64,000 nucleotides of DNA from a virus (lineage: Duplodnaviria > Caudoviricetes), in the IMG/VR virus record IMGVR_UViG_3300042291_000844, positions 96,001-160,000 of that record. The stretch is one strand, 5' to 3'. Position 1 is the first letter of the stretch. Every line of letters begins with the position of its first letter. Made by a program: the position numbers and the translations under genes. The notes below the pieces were generated by a model. It saw nothing but the letters and a program-made list of their open reading frames with translations, searched no databases and had not been told where the DNA came from. Below are positions 49,632 to 58,871 of this stretch, piece by piece.

Positions 49632-50858
49632 TCAATTGAAAGAGTATTTAACCCAGCTCCCACCTATTTTCTTATATCCATTTATTTGAGAGTCGTGGAA
49701 ATTCTCAGCCACTATATCTAATACCCCGTCCTTATCTACATCATCTACTTTAAAGGTACTCCAACCATATTTGTCCGATTGACCATACACACCCCCACCA
49801 TCTAATGAATCGTTGAAATATGAGGGGTCTAATGAGTAACCATTCGTGGTCTTTATATAAGTAACTAACTTAGTTTGTATTTGGTCTTTATCCGCCCTAA
49901 GTTCTACTATATCCAAATCGCCATCTGAATCTAAATCTATAAACTCAACATCAACACAAAATGGAAATTCGGTATGTTTTTTGAATTGTATAGTTTTAGA
50001 ATTTACAAACGTATTATTATTAAAAATAAGTGTAGTATTTCCATACACATCATTCCCACCTATTAATATATCATCTTTACCATCTTTGTCTATATCTAAT
50101 ATTTCATAGACCAAAATTGCCGATGTATAATTATTTAATTCAATATTTGATTTTATAAAATTTCCTTTACCATCCCCATACCAAACAAATGTTGCAGTAA
50201 CAACATCTACATTTCCATCCCCATTTAAATCACCTGTGGCACCATTATGAAACCAATATTTATTTGGGTTTGGTATAGTGAGGTATTCAAATTTGTTTGT
50301 GGGGGTTGATAATAGTACATTAAAGTTTCCAGTATAATCACCAATAACTCGTTCATCCACTCCTAATATTACAAAATCAGGTTTACCATCTTTATTAATA
50401 TCAGTTTTTAAAACTTTATGTGCAGTACTTCCAAATGTATTACCATTAATATAAGTTGTATCTGAATAGAAGTTTTTATTATCTCCTTTATTTACATACC
50501 ATCGTATTCCTTTATAACCAGATAACCCATTACTATATGAGGTAAGAATATCTATAAACCCATCACCATTAATATCAGAATAGGATTGTCCTGCACCATA
50601 ATCACCCTTCTCATCGTTGTTTAATATTTTTTTAGCAGAATTTAATTCAATGTTATAATACCACATAAAAAATATCCCAGATTTTTGATTAAGATATGAT
50701 TGTGAATATAGGGTATCTACTTTTTTGACAACAATAGGGGGTTCTATTGGTTTTGGTTGTGGTATATCCTCTTTGCTACAACTAGCTAAAATTAGGAGGG
50801 GTAGTAGTAAAATAGGTAAGTAGTGCTTCAGATTTTTCTTTTTCAAATTGTTTTTCAT
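49632..50858 (-). CDS. FG-GAP/VCBS-repeat lipoprotein
   Basis: Lipobox LASC+SKED; repeated D.NGDG..D motifs. Confidence 0.85.
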   Translation of the reverse strand: MKNNLKKKNLKHYLPILLLPLLILASCSKEDIPQPKPIEPPIVVKKVDTLYSQSYLNQKSGIFFMWYYNIELNSAKKILNNDEKGDYGAGQSYSDINGDGFIDILTSYSNGLSGYKGIRWYVNKGDNKNFYSDTTYINGNTFGSTAHKVLKTDINKDGKPDFVILGVDERVIGDYTGNFNVLLSTPTNKFEYLTIPNPNKYWFHNGATGDLNGDGNVDVVTATFVWYGDGKGNFIKSNIELNNYTSAILVYEILDIDKDGKDDILIGGNDVYGNTTLIFNNNTFVNSKTIQFKKHTEFPFCVDVEFIDLDSDGDLDIVELRADKDQIQTKLVTYIKTTNGYSLDPSYFNDSLDGGGVYGQSDKYGWSTFKVDDVDKDGVLDIVAENFHDSQINGYKKIGGSWVKYSFN

Positions 50859-51216
50859 TTATTTTAAGGTTTAATTTTTTTGCAATTTCCATTCCGCGAT
50901 TCCACGCATCTAATTCATTTAAGAACTGACCCATCATAAATTCTTTTGGGTGGTCGGTATCATCAATGTTTTTATATGCATTACATCCAATATTAGTTGC
51001 CGGTTGTAGGACGTGACCACATTCATGCAATAGGGCATATAAACCATTATTATTTAAATCATAATTATGGTGTATTGTTATACGACGTGTAAAGTGTCCC
51101 ATAAACAAAGTAGAATCACTCAATATAACATCAACTCCCTTTGTATCAGAAATCCAATCAACTACTTTTTGAAATTGTATTGGAAACTTACGATTTTTAA
51201 ATTTATATTTACCCAT
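50782..51216 (-). CDS. HExxH metallopeptidase-like (ImmA/IrrE-like)
   Basis: ALLHECGH; E.DAW. Confidence 0.65.
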   Translation of the reverse strand: MGKYKFKNRKFPIQFQKVVDWISDTKGVDVILSDSTLFMGHFTRRITIHHNYDLNNNGLYALLHECGHVLQPATNIGCNAYKNIDDTDHPKEFMMGQFLNELDAWNRGMEIAKKLNLKINEKQFEKEKSEALLTYFTTTPPNFS

Positions 51217-51224
51217 AGTGTATT

Positions 51225-51602
51225 TTAATATTTTATTCCGTGTCTTTCTTCAAACTTATCTTTAACCATTTGTGCAGATTTTATATAACCTTTATCATCT
51301 AACATTTGGTATGCTAATCTATCTGCCTCAACCTCTTCTTCTGCAGAATTATTCTTTGTTAATCCATGCCCCAATATGAAGTGGGCAACTTCGTGTGCTT
51401 CAATCCATTTTAGAATATGTTTATTTAATTTTTGTTCACCATCAATTAACATCAATTTTTCAGATATATTAGCGGGTATCATAAACCCAAATCCATATGA
51501 TTCAAATAATGGTTTAACAACTGAATAACGAAAATCATCAGAGCCAATTATATTGACAATGATATCATTACCAAATTCACTTCTAAATTGTTTCGTTTTC
51601 AT
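51225..51602 (-). CDS. HExxH metallopeptidase-like (start moved to MKTKQF)
   Basis: AHEVAH; E.EAD. Confidence 0.65.
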   Translation of the reverse strand: MKTKQFRSEFGNDIIVNIIGSDDFRYSVVKPLFESYGFGFMIPANISEKLMLIDGEQKLNKHILKWIEAHEVAHFILGHGLTKNNSAEEEVEADRLAYQMLDDKGYIKSAQMVKDKFEERHGIKY

Positions 51603-51960
51603 AAAATAAGTTATATTCGTTTTCCTTTGCATAAGCAATAACTTCATATGGGTGAGTGTGATAATCACATCCCATATTATAGTATCGTGTCATCCAAGCC
51701 GGAGATTGTAAATAATGTTGATATTCGTGAATAAGAGTACGAACTAAATCCTCGATAGATTTGATATTTTTCCAATATACAATCAATTCATTTTCATCAG
51801 AACAATACTCACCGATTAAATCAGGTTCGTCTGCATCTGAGTAAGGGGAATCCTCAATTGATAAGTACGGAAATGATTCTTGATATTTAGAATACCCATA
51901 GTGTTTACATATCTTATCATAGTAAACATTAACTATATTTGTAATATCTTTCTTAGTCAT
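51583..51960 (-). CDS. HExxH metallopeptidase-like
   Basis: TLIHEYQH; HPYE..A. Confidence 0.7.
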   Translation of the reverse strand: MTKKDITNIVNVYYDKICKHYGYSKYQESFPYLSIEDSPYSDADEPDLIGEYCSDENELIVYWKNIKSIEDLVRTLIHEYQHYLQSPAWMTRYYNMGCDYHTHPYEVIAYAKENEYNLFYENETI

Positions 51961-51966
51961 ATAAAG

Positions 51967-51998
51967 CTAATATACGAACAATTATTGGTATTACCAAA
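51967..51998 (-). promoter_or_regulatory. Bacteroidota-type promoter
   Basis: TTTG-N20-TATATTAG. Confidence 0.75.
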
Positions 51999-52039
51999 TA
52001 TTTTTTGATGTTTTTTCGAACCAATTGATAATCAATTAG

Positions 52040-52762
52040 TTAGCGAGTAGGGTTACTTTTTTCCTTAAATTCTTCGTATGCATCTAATAGGGCATCTACA
52101 ACTGGGTGACGGTGGTTTGTAAGTAGAGTCTGAGAATCCATATCCTTAATTTTCTTTGCTGCGGTTACTAAGAATTTGAATCCACTATCTCCTCTATATT
52201 TTAAATCTACTTGTTGTGAATCGCCACATACTACCATCTTGCTCCTCAATCCCAAGCGAGATGTAATCATTTCCATTTGGTCATTAGTGCAGTTTTGTGC
52301 TTCATCTACAATAATGAATGCATCTAAGAAAGTTCTACCTCTCATAAATGCAAGGGGTACAATTTCAACTTCACCACTTTCTAATATTTTATCAATCTTT
52401 TCTTTATTGTATAATTGATAAAAATTGGAATAGATTGGTTGCATCCACGGCTCCATCTTTTCTCTAAGGTCACCGGGTAAGAAACCGATTTCCTCCTTAC
52501 TAACTGTCGGACGAGTAATGATAATTTTGTTTATGGATTTTTTAAAAAGTAAATCTAAAGCTACCTGGCATGCCAAAAGTGTCTTACCACTTCCAGCCTT
52601 ACCACTTAAAATGGTAATTGCATTATTTAGGATTTTATCTTTAGCTTCTTTTTGTTCTTCGTTAAGAGTTAATTGAAATTTTATTGGACTCTTAGGTCTT
52701 TGTTTTAGGTCTTTGATATTTTCTGTAATCTCTTTATGCTTTGATGATGAATTATCCGCCAT
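52040..52762 (-). CDS. phoH: PhoH-like ATPase
   Basis: GKAGSGKT, GFLPGDL.EK, AFMRGRTF, DEAQN, GD..Q.D, RHP. Confidence 0.95.
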   Translation of the reverse strand: MADNSSSKHKEITENIKDLKQRPKSPIKFQLTLNEEQKEAKDKILNNAITILSGKAGSGKTLLACQVALDLLFKKSINKIIITRPTVSKEEIGFLPGDLREKMEPWMQPIYSNFYQLYNKEKIDKILESGEVEIVPLAFMRGRTFLDAFIIVDEAQNCTNDQMEMITSRLGLRSKMVVCGDSQQVDLKYRGDSGFKFLVTAAKKIKDMDSQTLLTNHRHPVVDALLDAYEEFKEKSNPTR

Positions 52763-52781
52763 AAGTTTTTTGTTATAAAAG

Positions 52782-53141
52782 TTAAATTAATTTTCTTACC
52801 TCTTTTTTTTTCTGAATAGGTTTTCTTGTATTTTGGATGTCTTCTTTATATTTGACTATCTTTGCACATATTTCATATTCTTCCTTTTCTTGAAACCAAT
52901 TTTTACAATGGTCTAATGCTTCAATAAAATCACTCTTAGGTACGATTGAAATTGCACTAGCATTTGGATGAACTAATATAGCAACTTCACTCAATCCTTT
53001 TTTTGCTGCCCTATAAATATTTGTTGAAACTTGATTCATCACTTCGAACCCACGTTTTTCTAAAAAACGAGCAACCCTTATATTGTTATTAGGGTCTAAA
53101 TATTTTTTCCAATCAAGTGTAGTAAAAGTTCTGCTTTTCAT
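52782..53141 (-). CDS. hypothetical protein with UVR-like E.YE.CA motif
   Basis: EKEEYEICAKI. Confidence 0.55.
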   Translation of the reverse strand: MKSRTFTTLDWKKYLDPNNNIRVARFLEKRGFEVMNQVSTNIYRAAKKGLSEVAILVHPNASAISIVPKSDFIEALDHCKNWFQEKEEYEICAKIVKYKEDIQNTRKPIQKKKEVRKLI

Positions 53142-53190
53142 GATGAAATTATTAGATTACTATTAAATATCAGTTACTAAAAGTTTTAGA

Positions 53191-54117
53191 TTATCGTATG
53201 TTATAATAATCATTTCGAAATTGTATTTGTGAATTATGTCCATCGTTATAATATCCTGGCCCATAGTAATCAGTTGGGTAATATACTCCACCATTTCTAT
53301 ATCCGCCATATGAATAATCGGGTGTATAGTTAGAAGGGGTGTATGGTGGTGATGGTGGTTCTGGTGGCGATGGTTCTGATTGAGGTGGTGGTATGATATT
53401 CAAACTCTTATCTGATGGTCTTGTTATAATTATTTCTTTAGGTTTAAGAGTATCAGATGTTATTGCAATTGCAAATTCTTTATCATTAAGTGTTTGTTTT
53501 AGGTAATCACTCCACCCCATACCAAAAGTTCCTTGTGGGTCATGAGTAGTTATATAAGTACCAATCCCGTCAATTGGATATATAGGGTCACTAATTATTT
53601 TACCTGATTCAGTATTTCTAAATCCATCAGTAAAGACTACCAACCATTGAATATGTAACAACATTTCTTCAATTGTTGCAATCGTTTTTATAACTTTTGT
53701 TTCTGAATAAAGTTCTCCTATTGATAATTTATTTATCCTGTGATGGTTTTTTAATTCACCATAATCCATTGGTATTATTGGAACTGTAAATTTATTAAAA
53801 TATGGGTTACCATCTTCTTTTGCTTTTAATAATTTTTCTTTAAAAGGGTCGGATGTCCATTCTTCTACAAACCCTTCTTCCTCATCGTAAAATTGAACAA
53901 TAAAATTAAAATCAACATATGGATATAGATTAGGGTCTAATACATTTAATTTATCAAGTGGATATGTTTTAAAATCAAGATAATTAGTTGTTCTATCTTT
54001 TCCATATTTACGCACGTATCCTTCCTCCTTTGAATAAAATGTTTTTATATTATTCAAATCGGTGGTTGTTTGTGCCGGATAAGTGTTTCGTAAATTTTCT
54101 AATCGAGTATAATCCAT
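53191..54117 (-). CDS. hypothetical protein with Pro/Tyr-rich C-terminus (late-type promoter)
   Basis: 308 aa ORF; TATTTATA at 54121-54128. Confidence 0.6.
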   Translation of the reverse strand: MDYTRLENLRNTYPAQTTTDLNNIKTFYSKEEGYVRKYGKDRTTNYLDFKTYPLDKLNVLDPNLYPYVDFNFIVQFYDEEEGFVEEWTSDPFKEKLLKAKEDGNPYFNKFTVPIIPMDYGELKNHHRINKLSIGELYSETKVIKTIATIEEMLLHIQWLVVFTDGFRNTESGKIISDPIYPIDGIGTYITTHDPQGTFGMGWSDYLKQTLNDKEFAIAITSDTLKPKEIIITRPSDKSLNIIPPPQSEPSPPEPPSPPYTPSNYTPDYSYGGYRNGGVYYPTDYYGPGYYNDGHNSQIQFRNDYYNIR

Positions 54118-54145
54118 ATCTATAAATATGGATATATCAAAAATA

Positions 54146-54355
54146 TTATTGTGGAGGGTCTTCTACTATTTCTGCTTCTTCGATTGTTCTGCAGAAAATA
54201 TAGGTAGCATTTTTTGTTCTAAACGCGGAATCACAATTTAACCATTCCTTTATTGGGGCAACATCAGGTATTCGCTCGATTGGGTATTCTGCTACAACTT
54301 GATATAGATTATCATTTATTTTTTGTATGGGAAAGGGTATTCCTGAGTTACGCAT
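54146..54355 (-). CDS. hypothetical protein
   Basis: 69 aa ORF, coupled to upstream stop. Confidence 0.6.
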   Translation of the reverse strand: MRNSGIPFPIQKINDNLYQVVAEYPIERIPDVAPIKEWLNCDSAFRTKNATYIFCRTIEEAEIVEDPPQ

Positions 54356-54534
54356 TATTTATTGTATTCTTTGAATCCAACGATAACAACCATTACCAAC
54401 ATCAATGCACCAAATATTTCTAATAGAGATGCTTGATTAGTTGGGTGGAGGTGTCCATCATATACATATACTGCTAGGGTTAGCAATAGTATAGTAAGGA
54501 TTCCTTTTAAGTAATTTGAAAATGATTCGTTCAT
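54355..54534 (-). CDS. 59-aa two-helix membrane protein
   Basis: Translated by hand (MNESFSNYLKGILTILLLTLAVYVY...); TAATG coupling at 54355. Confidence 0.65.
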   Translation of the reverse strand: MNESFSNYLKGILTILLLTLAVYVYDGHLHPTNQASLLEIFGALMLVMVVIVGFKEYNK

Positions 54535-54545
54535 AATTTATAATT

Positions 54546-55661
54546 TTAATGTGAATCTTCTACATTATGTTTTTCTGCAAAGATTAAATAATCTGGGTTA
54601 ATAACTTTTGCAATCTTTTGTCTTTCGCCGGTTTGGTGTTTGATTACAATTCCTTCCTCTGGTACTTTTGTATTTGGAATAAAATTATTGAATGTGTATT
54701 TATCTTGTACTTCTTGTGACCAACTTCCGTAGTGTAAAATTTCTACATAAGGTAATTCCAAAATATCTTTAATCAGTAACCTAGCATTAATAACACTTAA
54801 ATACTCACTATTCTCTTTTACATCGAATCCTACGAACTTAATCTCCGTTAACCCATAATCATATCCCTTTTGGATTCCCGCTCCGTAAATCTCACCATAT
54901 AAGGTAATACCATCACCAATCTCCGGCTCCATTGTATTACTCTTAACATAATCCCACAACTTATTTTTGATATCGTATTTCCTTTCAATATCATACCAAA
55001 CATTGGTATCATAGAATCCTTGAGAATCAGAGCCTTTCTCTACATTATGTGAACCAACTACAAATTCATATTCAGTCCATTTGTTACCAAACAACTTTTT
55101 AATTCTATCTAATATAGATAATTTAGTTTTCTTAACAATACCATAACGAGCATTTGTTCCGTGAATCTTACGAGTAATTTCCACAGTGTCATCTTCAGTA
55201 AACATTCCCGGTACATTTTTTAAGTTAGGAAACTTATAGTAGACATGAAAGTGTGGGTTATCTTGATAACGAATCTTTCTACCACTTGCTAATTGAACCA
55301 TTTTAACTGGTGGTTCATATTTGTAAATACCTAAATAATCCATCATATCATCACCTTCACTAACGATTGGTGTTAACGTATATGGAATAATTAAAGATTC
55401 ACTATAAACTCCTCTTAACTTAACAGTTCTAACCCTACCACCATTACGAAGATAATTGGTTACTCCTAATTTTTCGGATAAATCAAATGGAATTACCGCA
55501 TCGGTTGTTGCACATATTACTAACTCACCAACATTATGAGCATCTTTTTTTACTATACAATTCCAACCACCAACTACTGCTAATTCAATATTATCAGCTC
55601 CTTCGATTGGTTTGATTTCATTTATTGTTGCAACGTAGCAAACTGAATTATTATTTTCCAT
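54546..55661 (-). CDS. RNA ligase, DRB0094/Rnl2 family with N-terminal OB domain
   Basis: I.PI.GAD.IE; motif I KIHGTN; YGEI.G; FDV; EGIV; AKVI...YL. Confidence 0.9.
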   Translation of the reverse strand: MENNNSVCYVATINEIKPIEGADNIELAVVGGWNCIVKKDAHNVGELVICATTDAVIPFDLSEKLGVTNYLRNGGRVRTVKLRGVYSESLIIPYTLTPIVSEGDDMMDYLGIYKYEPPVKMVQLASGRKIRYQDNPHFHVYYKFPNLKNVPGMFTEDDTVEITRKIHGTNARYGIVKKTKLSILDRIKKLFGNKWTEYEFVVGSHNVEKGSDSQGFYDTNVWYDIERKYDIKNKLWDYVKSNTMEPEIGDGITLYGEIYGAGIQKGYDYGLTEIKFVGFDVKENSEYLSVINARLLIKDILELPYVEILHYGSWSQEVQDKYTFNNFIPNTKVPEEGIVIKHQTGERQKIAKVINPDYLIFAEKHNVEDSH

Positions 55662-55665
55662 CTTC

Positions 55666-56178
55666 TTATAATTTTACTTCAAATCTATTTTTCATTTGTT
55701 CTAACTTTTCAGCAGGAACTCCATGTTGATTTACTCCACCATGTCTATTCTCTACAATAATAGTAAATACCATATAACCATACTTTTCAGCTAACTTAAA
55801 ATATTCTTCCATCTCCCATTCTTGAGTAAATGTATTTGATACTACAATCTCTGGATAGAATTGTGGATTGACTTCGTTATCTTTCATACGAATTTCGACT
55901 TGTTCTTTACACCACTTATGTGCATCTTTTATTTTAGAACCATCAAAATTATAGTTTCCTTCTTTATTATAAAAGAATTTATCTGCTTCACAAATTGCAT
56001 ATTCGTTCCAAATGAAACCTGCTAATGTTGATTTACCACTTCCCGGCAAACCCCTTACTAATGTTAATATTTTTGGTATCATATATTTTATTTCTTGTTT
56101 ATCAATAAACTCTTTTATAGCTTGTCGTTTTTCATCATTGAATACATCTTCCAATTTAATTTCTTGTTTAGTTTCCAT
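55666..56178 (-). CDS. P-loop polynucleotide kinase-like (AAA_33)
   Basis: RGLPGSGKST, EAD, VSNTFT..WE, HGVP. Confidence 0.85.
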   Translation of the reverse strand: METKQEIKLEDVFNDEKRQAIKEFIDKQEIKYMIPKILTLVRGLPGSGKSTLAGFIWNEYAICEADKFFYNKEGNYNFDGSKIKDAHKWCKEQVEIRMKDNEVNPQFYPEIVVSNTFTQEWEMEEYFKLAEKYGYMVFTIIVENRHGGVNQHGVPAEKLEQMKNRFEVKL

Positions 56179-56184
56179 ACCATT

Positions 56185-56838
56185 TTATCTATAATTTTCA
56201 ACTATTTCGTGGTGGTCAAATGTAAACATACTTTTGATTGGTTGTTTATTCATCAATCTTAATATCTCACTCATTTCAATTGGATACAATTCGTTTCCAT
56301 CACATCCCACATCCATCATTTTACCCGAACCAATTCGTTTATCAGCCGGAAAGTGAACGTGTCCATGCAAATGGATAGCTCCCCTAGCCATATTATCCCA
56401 ACTTGCTATTGGAAAGTGCATTAGAGCGAATCTTTGTTCTCCCATTAAAGGAGTCCCTACATTCCACTTAACAACTAAGTTTAAGTATTTGTTTACGGAA
56501 CTAAATAACTTTTGACAACCTTCTTTATCACTTTCAATGTGATGGTCGTGGTTACCGGTAATGATGTGAACATTTTTACAAAAAATGCTATCTCTGAATT
56601 TTTGTATTTGTTCGAATCCTCCAAAACTCCAATCACCTAAATGGAAAAGGATATCATCCTGTTCAACCTTTTCGTTGATGTTAGCAATAAGGTGTGAGTT
56701 CATTTGTTCCAATGATATGAATTCTCTACACGTTACGGGGTCTGACCATTGGGTTGTAGATGAGCATATATTAGCATGGTTGTAGTGGGTATCACTTGTG
56801 AACCATAACCTTTGTCCTTTGTTTAGATTTAATTTCAT
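56185..56838 (-). CDS. calcineurin-like metallophosphoesterase
   Basis: SDTH, LGD, GNHD, HFP, HGHVH. Confidence 0.9.
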   Translation of the reverse strand: MKLNLNKGQRLWFTSDTHYNHANICSSTTQWSDPVTCREFISLEQMNSHLIANINEKVEQDDILFHLGDWSFGGFEQIQKFRDSIFCKNVHIITGNHDHHIESDKEGCQKLFSSVNKYLNLVVKWNVGTPLMGEQRFALMHFPIASWDNMARGAIHLHGHVHFPADKRIGSGKMMDVGCDGNELYPIEMSEILRLMNKQPIKSMFTFDHHEIVENYR

Positions 56839-56854
56839 AACCTTTTCTTATAAC

Positions 56855-56886
56855 CAAATATACAAAAAAAACCTCACATTACCAAA
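56855..56886 (-). promoter_or_regulatory. Bacteroidota housekeeping-sigma promoter of the RNA-repair operon, overlapping a terminator-like hairpin (56864-56904)
   Basis: TTTG-N20-TATATTTG. Confidence 0.8.
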
Positions 56887-56908
56887 TAATTTATGAGGTT
56901 TTTTATAG

Positions 56909-56982
56909 TGGACCAGATAGGATTCGAACCTATGACCTCAACATTATGAGTGTTTTGCTCTAACCAACTGAGCTACAAGTCC
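56909..56982 (-). tRNA. tRNA-Ile2/Met (CAT)
   Basis: Cloverleaf, anticodon CAT, GGTTCGAATCC. Confidence 0.9.
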
Positions 56983-57120
56983 ATTATCGTTTAATCTAAC
57001 GATAAAATCTGATATCGTTTCTTTCAACGATAAAAAATAAGCAGGTGTGGAATCACCTACTTATATAGTGAATGAGAAACATATGAATCTCTTGCGGCTA
57101 TATCACCAAAGCCCATAAGG

Positions 57121-57234
57121 TGCCGGAGGAAGGATTGGTTACCTACACGATTTCCTTACGGAGTAATCAACTTTTTACAAAGTCACGTCTCAAGGTTTAC
57201 TACCCAAAGGGAATGCTCTTTCCGCCACTCCGGC
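57121..57234 (-). ncRNA. atypical tRNA-like element
   Basis: GCCGGAG/CTCCGGC-A acceptor stem, expanded D region, GTA in an 8-nt loop, long variable arm, non-canonical T loop. Confidence 0.55.
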
Positions 57235-57250
57235 ATATATCTTTTTTTTG

Positions 57251-57324
57251 TGGAGGATATCGGAGTCGAACCGATGACCCTCTGCGTGCAAGGCAGATGC
57301 TCTAGCCAACTGAGCTAACCCCCC
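57251..57324 (-). tRNA. tRNA-Ala (TGC)
   Basis: Cloverleaf with G3:U70. Confidence 0.95.
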
Positions 57325-57337
57325 ATAAAATTTAACG

Positions 57338-57423
57338 TACCAGAGGTGGGAGTCGAACCCACACGAGCGATTTATGCTCAATAGATTTTAAGTCTATCGT
57401 GTCTACCATTCCACCACTCCGGC
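57338..57423 (-). tRNA. tRNA-Leu (TAA)
   Basis: Class II cloverleaf. Confidence 0.95.
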
Positions 57424-57439
57424 ATTTATTCTAATTATC

Positions 57440-57874
57440 CTAATTTAGTTTACTTAATATTACCCCATTAAGTTTAGTATGATTATCATCTGGATTTATT
57501 AATATATCGATTTTATTTTTCCATCGCGGATTCATTAAATCCCTAACGTAGTAAACTCCATTGTATTTTCCAGCATTTGACACTCTTACTTTTTCACCAA
57601 ATTTAAATTTCTTTTTTATATCTCTACTTACTGCAATCACTCTATGTTTTTTAGGATTATCCTCATCTAATTCAAAGCCACTAGCCGTTTCTAACGGAGT
57701 ATCATCAGTTTGTAAAGGGTCAATTGTATATGTAGTCATCGTAACAACAAATTTCTTAATTTCCTTAACAACCTCTTCCTTTACCATAGTTTCGATTTTG
57801 AATGGATTGGGTGGGGTTACATTTGATGGTAGGATTACCGCAGTAATTAATAATATCAATATTAATCTTTTCAT
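57440..57874 (-). CDS. secreted 3D-domain (MltA/RlpA-like) protein
   Basis: Signal peptide; T.Y, TASG, IAVS.D, V.D, IDI. Confidence 0.8.
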   Translation of the reverse strand: MKRLILILLITAVILPSNVTPPNPFKIETMVKEEVVKEIKKFVVTMTTYTIDPLQTDDTPLETASGFELDEDNPKKHRVIAVSRDIKKKFKFGEKVRVSNAGKYNGVYYVRDLMNPRWKNKIDILINPDDNHTKLNGVILSKLN

Positions 57875-57913
57875 AATTTACATTTATGGTTAATAATAAC
57901 TATTACACTTTTG

Positions 57914-57987
57914 TGATTCGGAAAGGATTCGAACCTTTGGCCTATTCATTAGAAGTGAATTGCTCTATCCAACTGAGCTACCGAACC
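57914..57987 (-). tRNA. tRNA-Arg (TCT)
   Basis: Cloverleaf. Confidence 0.95.
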
Positions 57988-57991
57988 ATTG

Positions 57992-58065
57992 CGGACTGTA
58001 CGGGACTCGAACCCGTGAACTCCACCGTGACAGGGTGGCATGATAACCAACTTCACCAACAATCC
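57992..58065 (-). tRNA. tRNA-Asp (GTC)
   Basis: Cloverleaf. Confidence 0.95.
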
Positions 58066-58183
58066 AAATTTTCGGAACTTATGGATTTTCGCCACCAAAA
58101 TCTCTTTTCTCAATTGGCCTCATTGAGTGAGTGTTATCGCGTAATTCGTCATTCCTAATCTAAGGTAATTAATCTTAGATTTG

Positions 58184-58256
58184 AGCCTCCTATCGGAATC
58201 GAACCAATGACCTACTGATTACAAATCAGTTGCTCTACCTGCTGAGCTAAGGAGGC
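58184..58256 (-). tRNA. tRNA-Thr (TGT)
   Basis: Cloverleaf. Confidence 0.95.
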
Positions 58257-58265
58257 TTATGTTTG

Positions 58266-58337
58266 TACTCCCAACGGGATTCGAACCCGTATTACTACCG
58301 TGAAAGGGTAGTGACCTAACCATTAGTCGATAGGAGC
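58266..58337 (-). tRNA. tRNA-Glu (TTC)
   Basis: Cloverleaf. Confidence 0.95.
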
Positions 58338-58356
58338 ATATAATTTTATAACAATG

Positions 58357-58388
58357 TAAAGATACGAAGAATATTCCACATATCCAAA
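58357..58388 (-). promoter_or_regulatory. Bacteroidota-type promoter internal to the tRNA array
   Basis: TTTG-N20-TATCTTTA. Confidence 0.8.
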
Positions 58389-58389
58389 T

Positions 58390-58851
58390 TTAATTGTGTA
58401 TTTTTACTAAGTGGTCAGCAGCATAAGTTGCTATTGGCCCTAATGATTTATATCTTACTGAATACCCCATACCTTCAACCATACCCACTGCTTGTCTAAA
58501 CACTTCGTTAGATTTAAAGCGTGGGTCTGGGTTCAAGTCAATATCAATCCACTTAGGTTTTGGAATACCAGCCTCGCGTAATTCTTCGGCAGTTTCAATT
58601 GCAAACCAAACTTCTTGTAATAATCTAACTGAACGGATTCTTTCTCTTTCACTATTCCATCTTCTATACAATACATGTGCACCCTTTCCTTTTCTATATA
58701 AGGCAACTACGATTGCATAAATAGTTTTGTTACCTGAATTTTGTGAATCACAACCAATTAAGATTTCTGCATCGGTATTCGTAATCATATATTCTTTGAT
58801 ATATGAAATCAATTCCACTTCTTCTGCCGTATACAATTTTTTATAAACCAT
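58390..58851 (-). CDS. RNase H-like YkuK/DUF458 family protein
   Basis: LIGCDSQ, EV..AIE.A, IDID.N, KS.G..A.YAADH. Confidence 0.85.
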   Translation of the reverse strand: MVYKKLYTAEEVELISYIKEYMITNTDAEILIGCDSQNSGNKTIYAIVVALYRKGKGAHVLYRRWNSERERIRSVRLLQEVWFAIETAEELREAGIPKPKWIDIDLNPDPRFKSNEVFRQAVGMVEGMGYSVRYKSLGPIATYAADHLVKIHN

Positions 58852-58871
58852 AATTTTACCTTTTTATTTTG

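Noticed and set aside
58066-58180. Possible small RNA between tRNA-Thr and tRNA-Asp
   Set aside because: Only one AT-rich hairpin (AATCTAAG/CTTAGATT) is evident; no recognisable family
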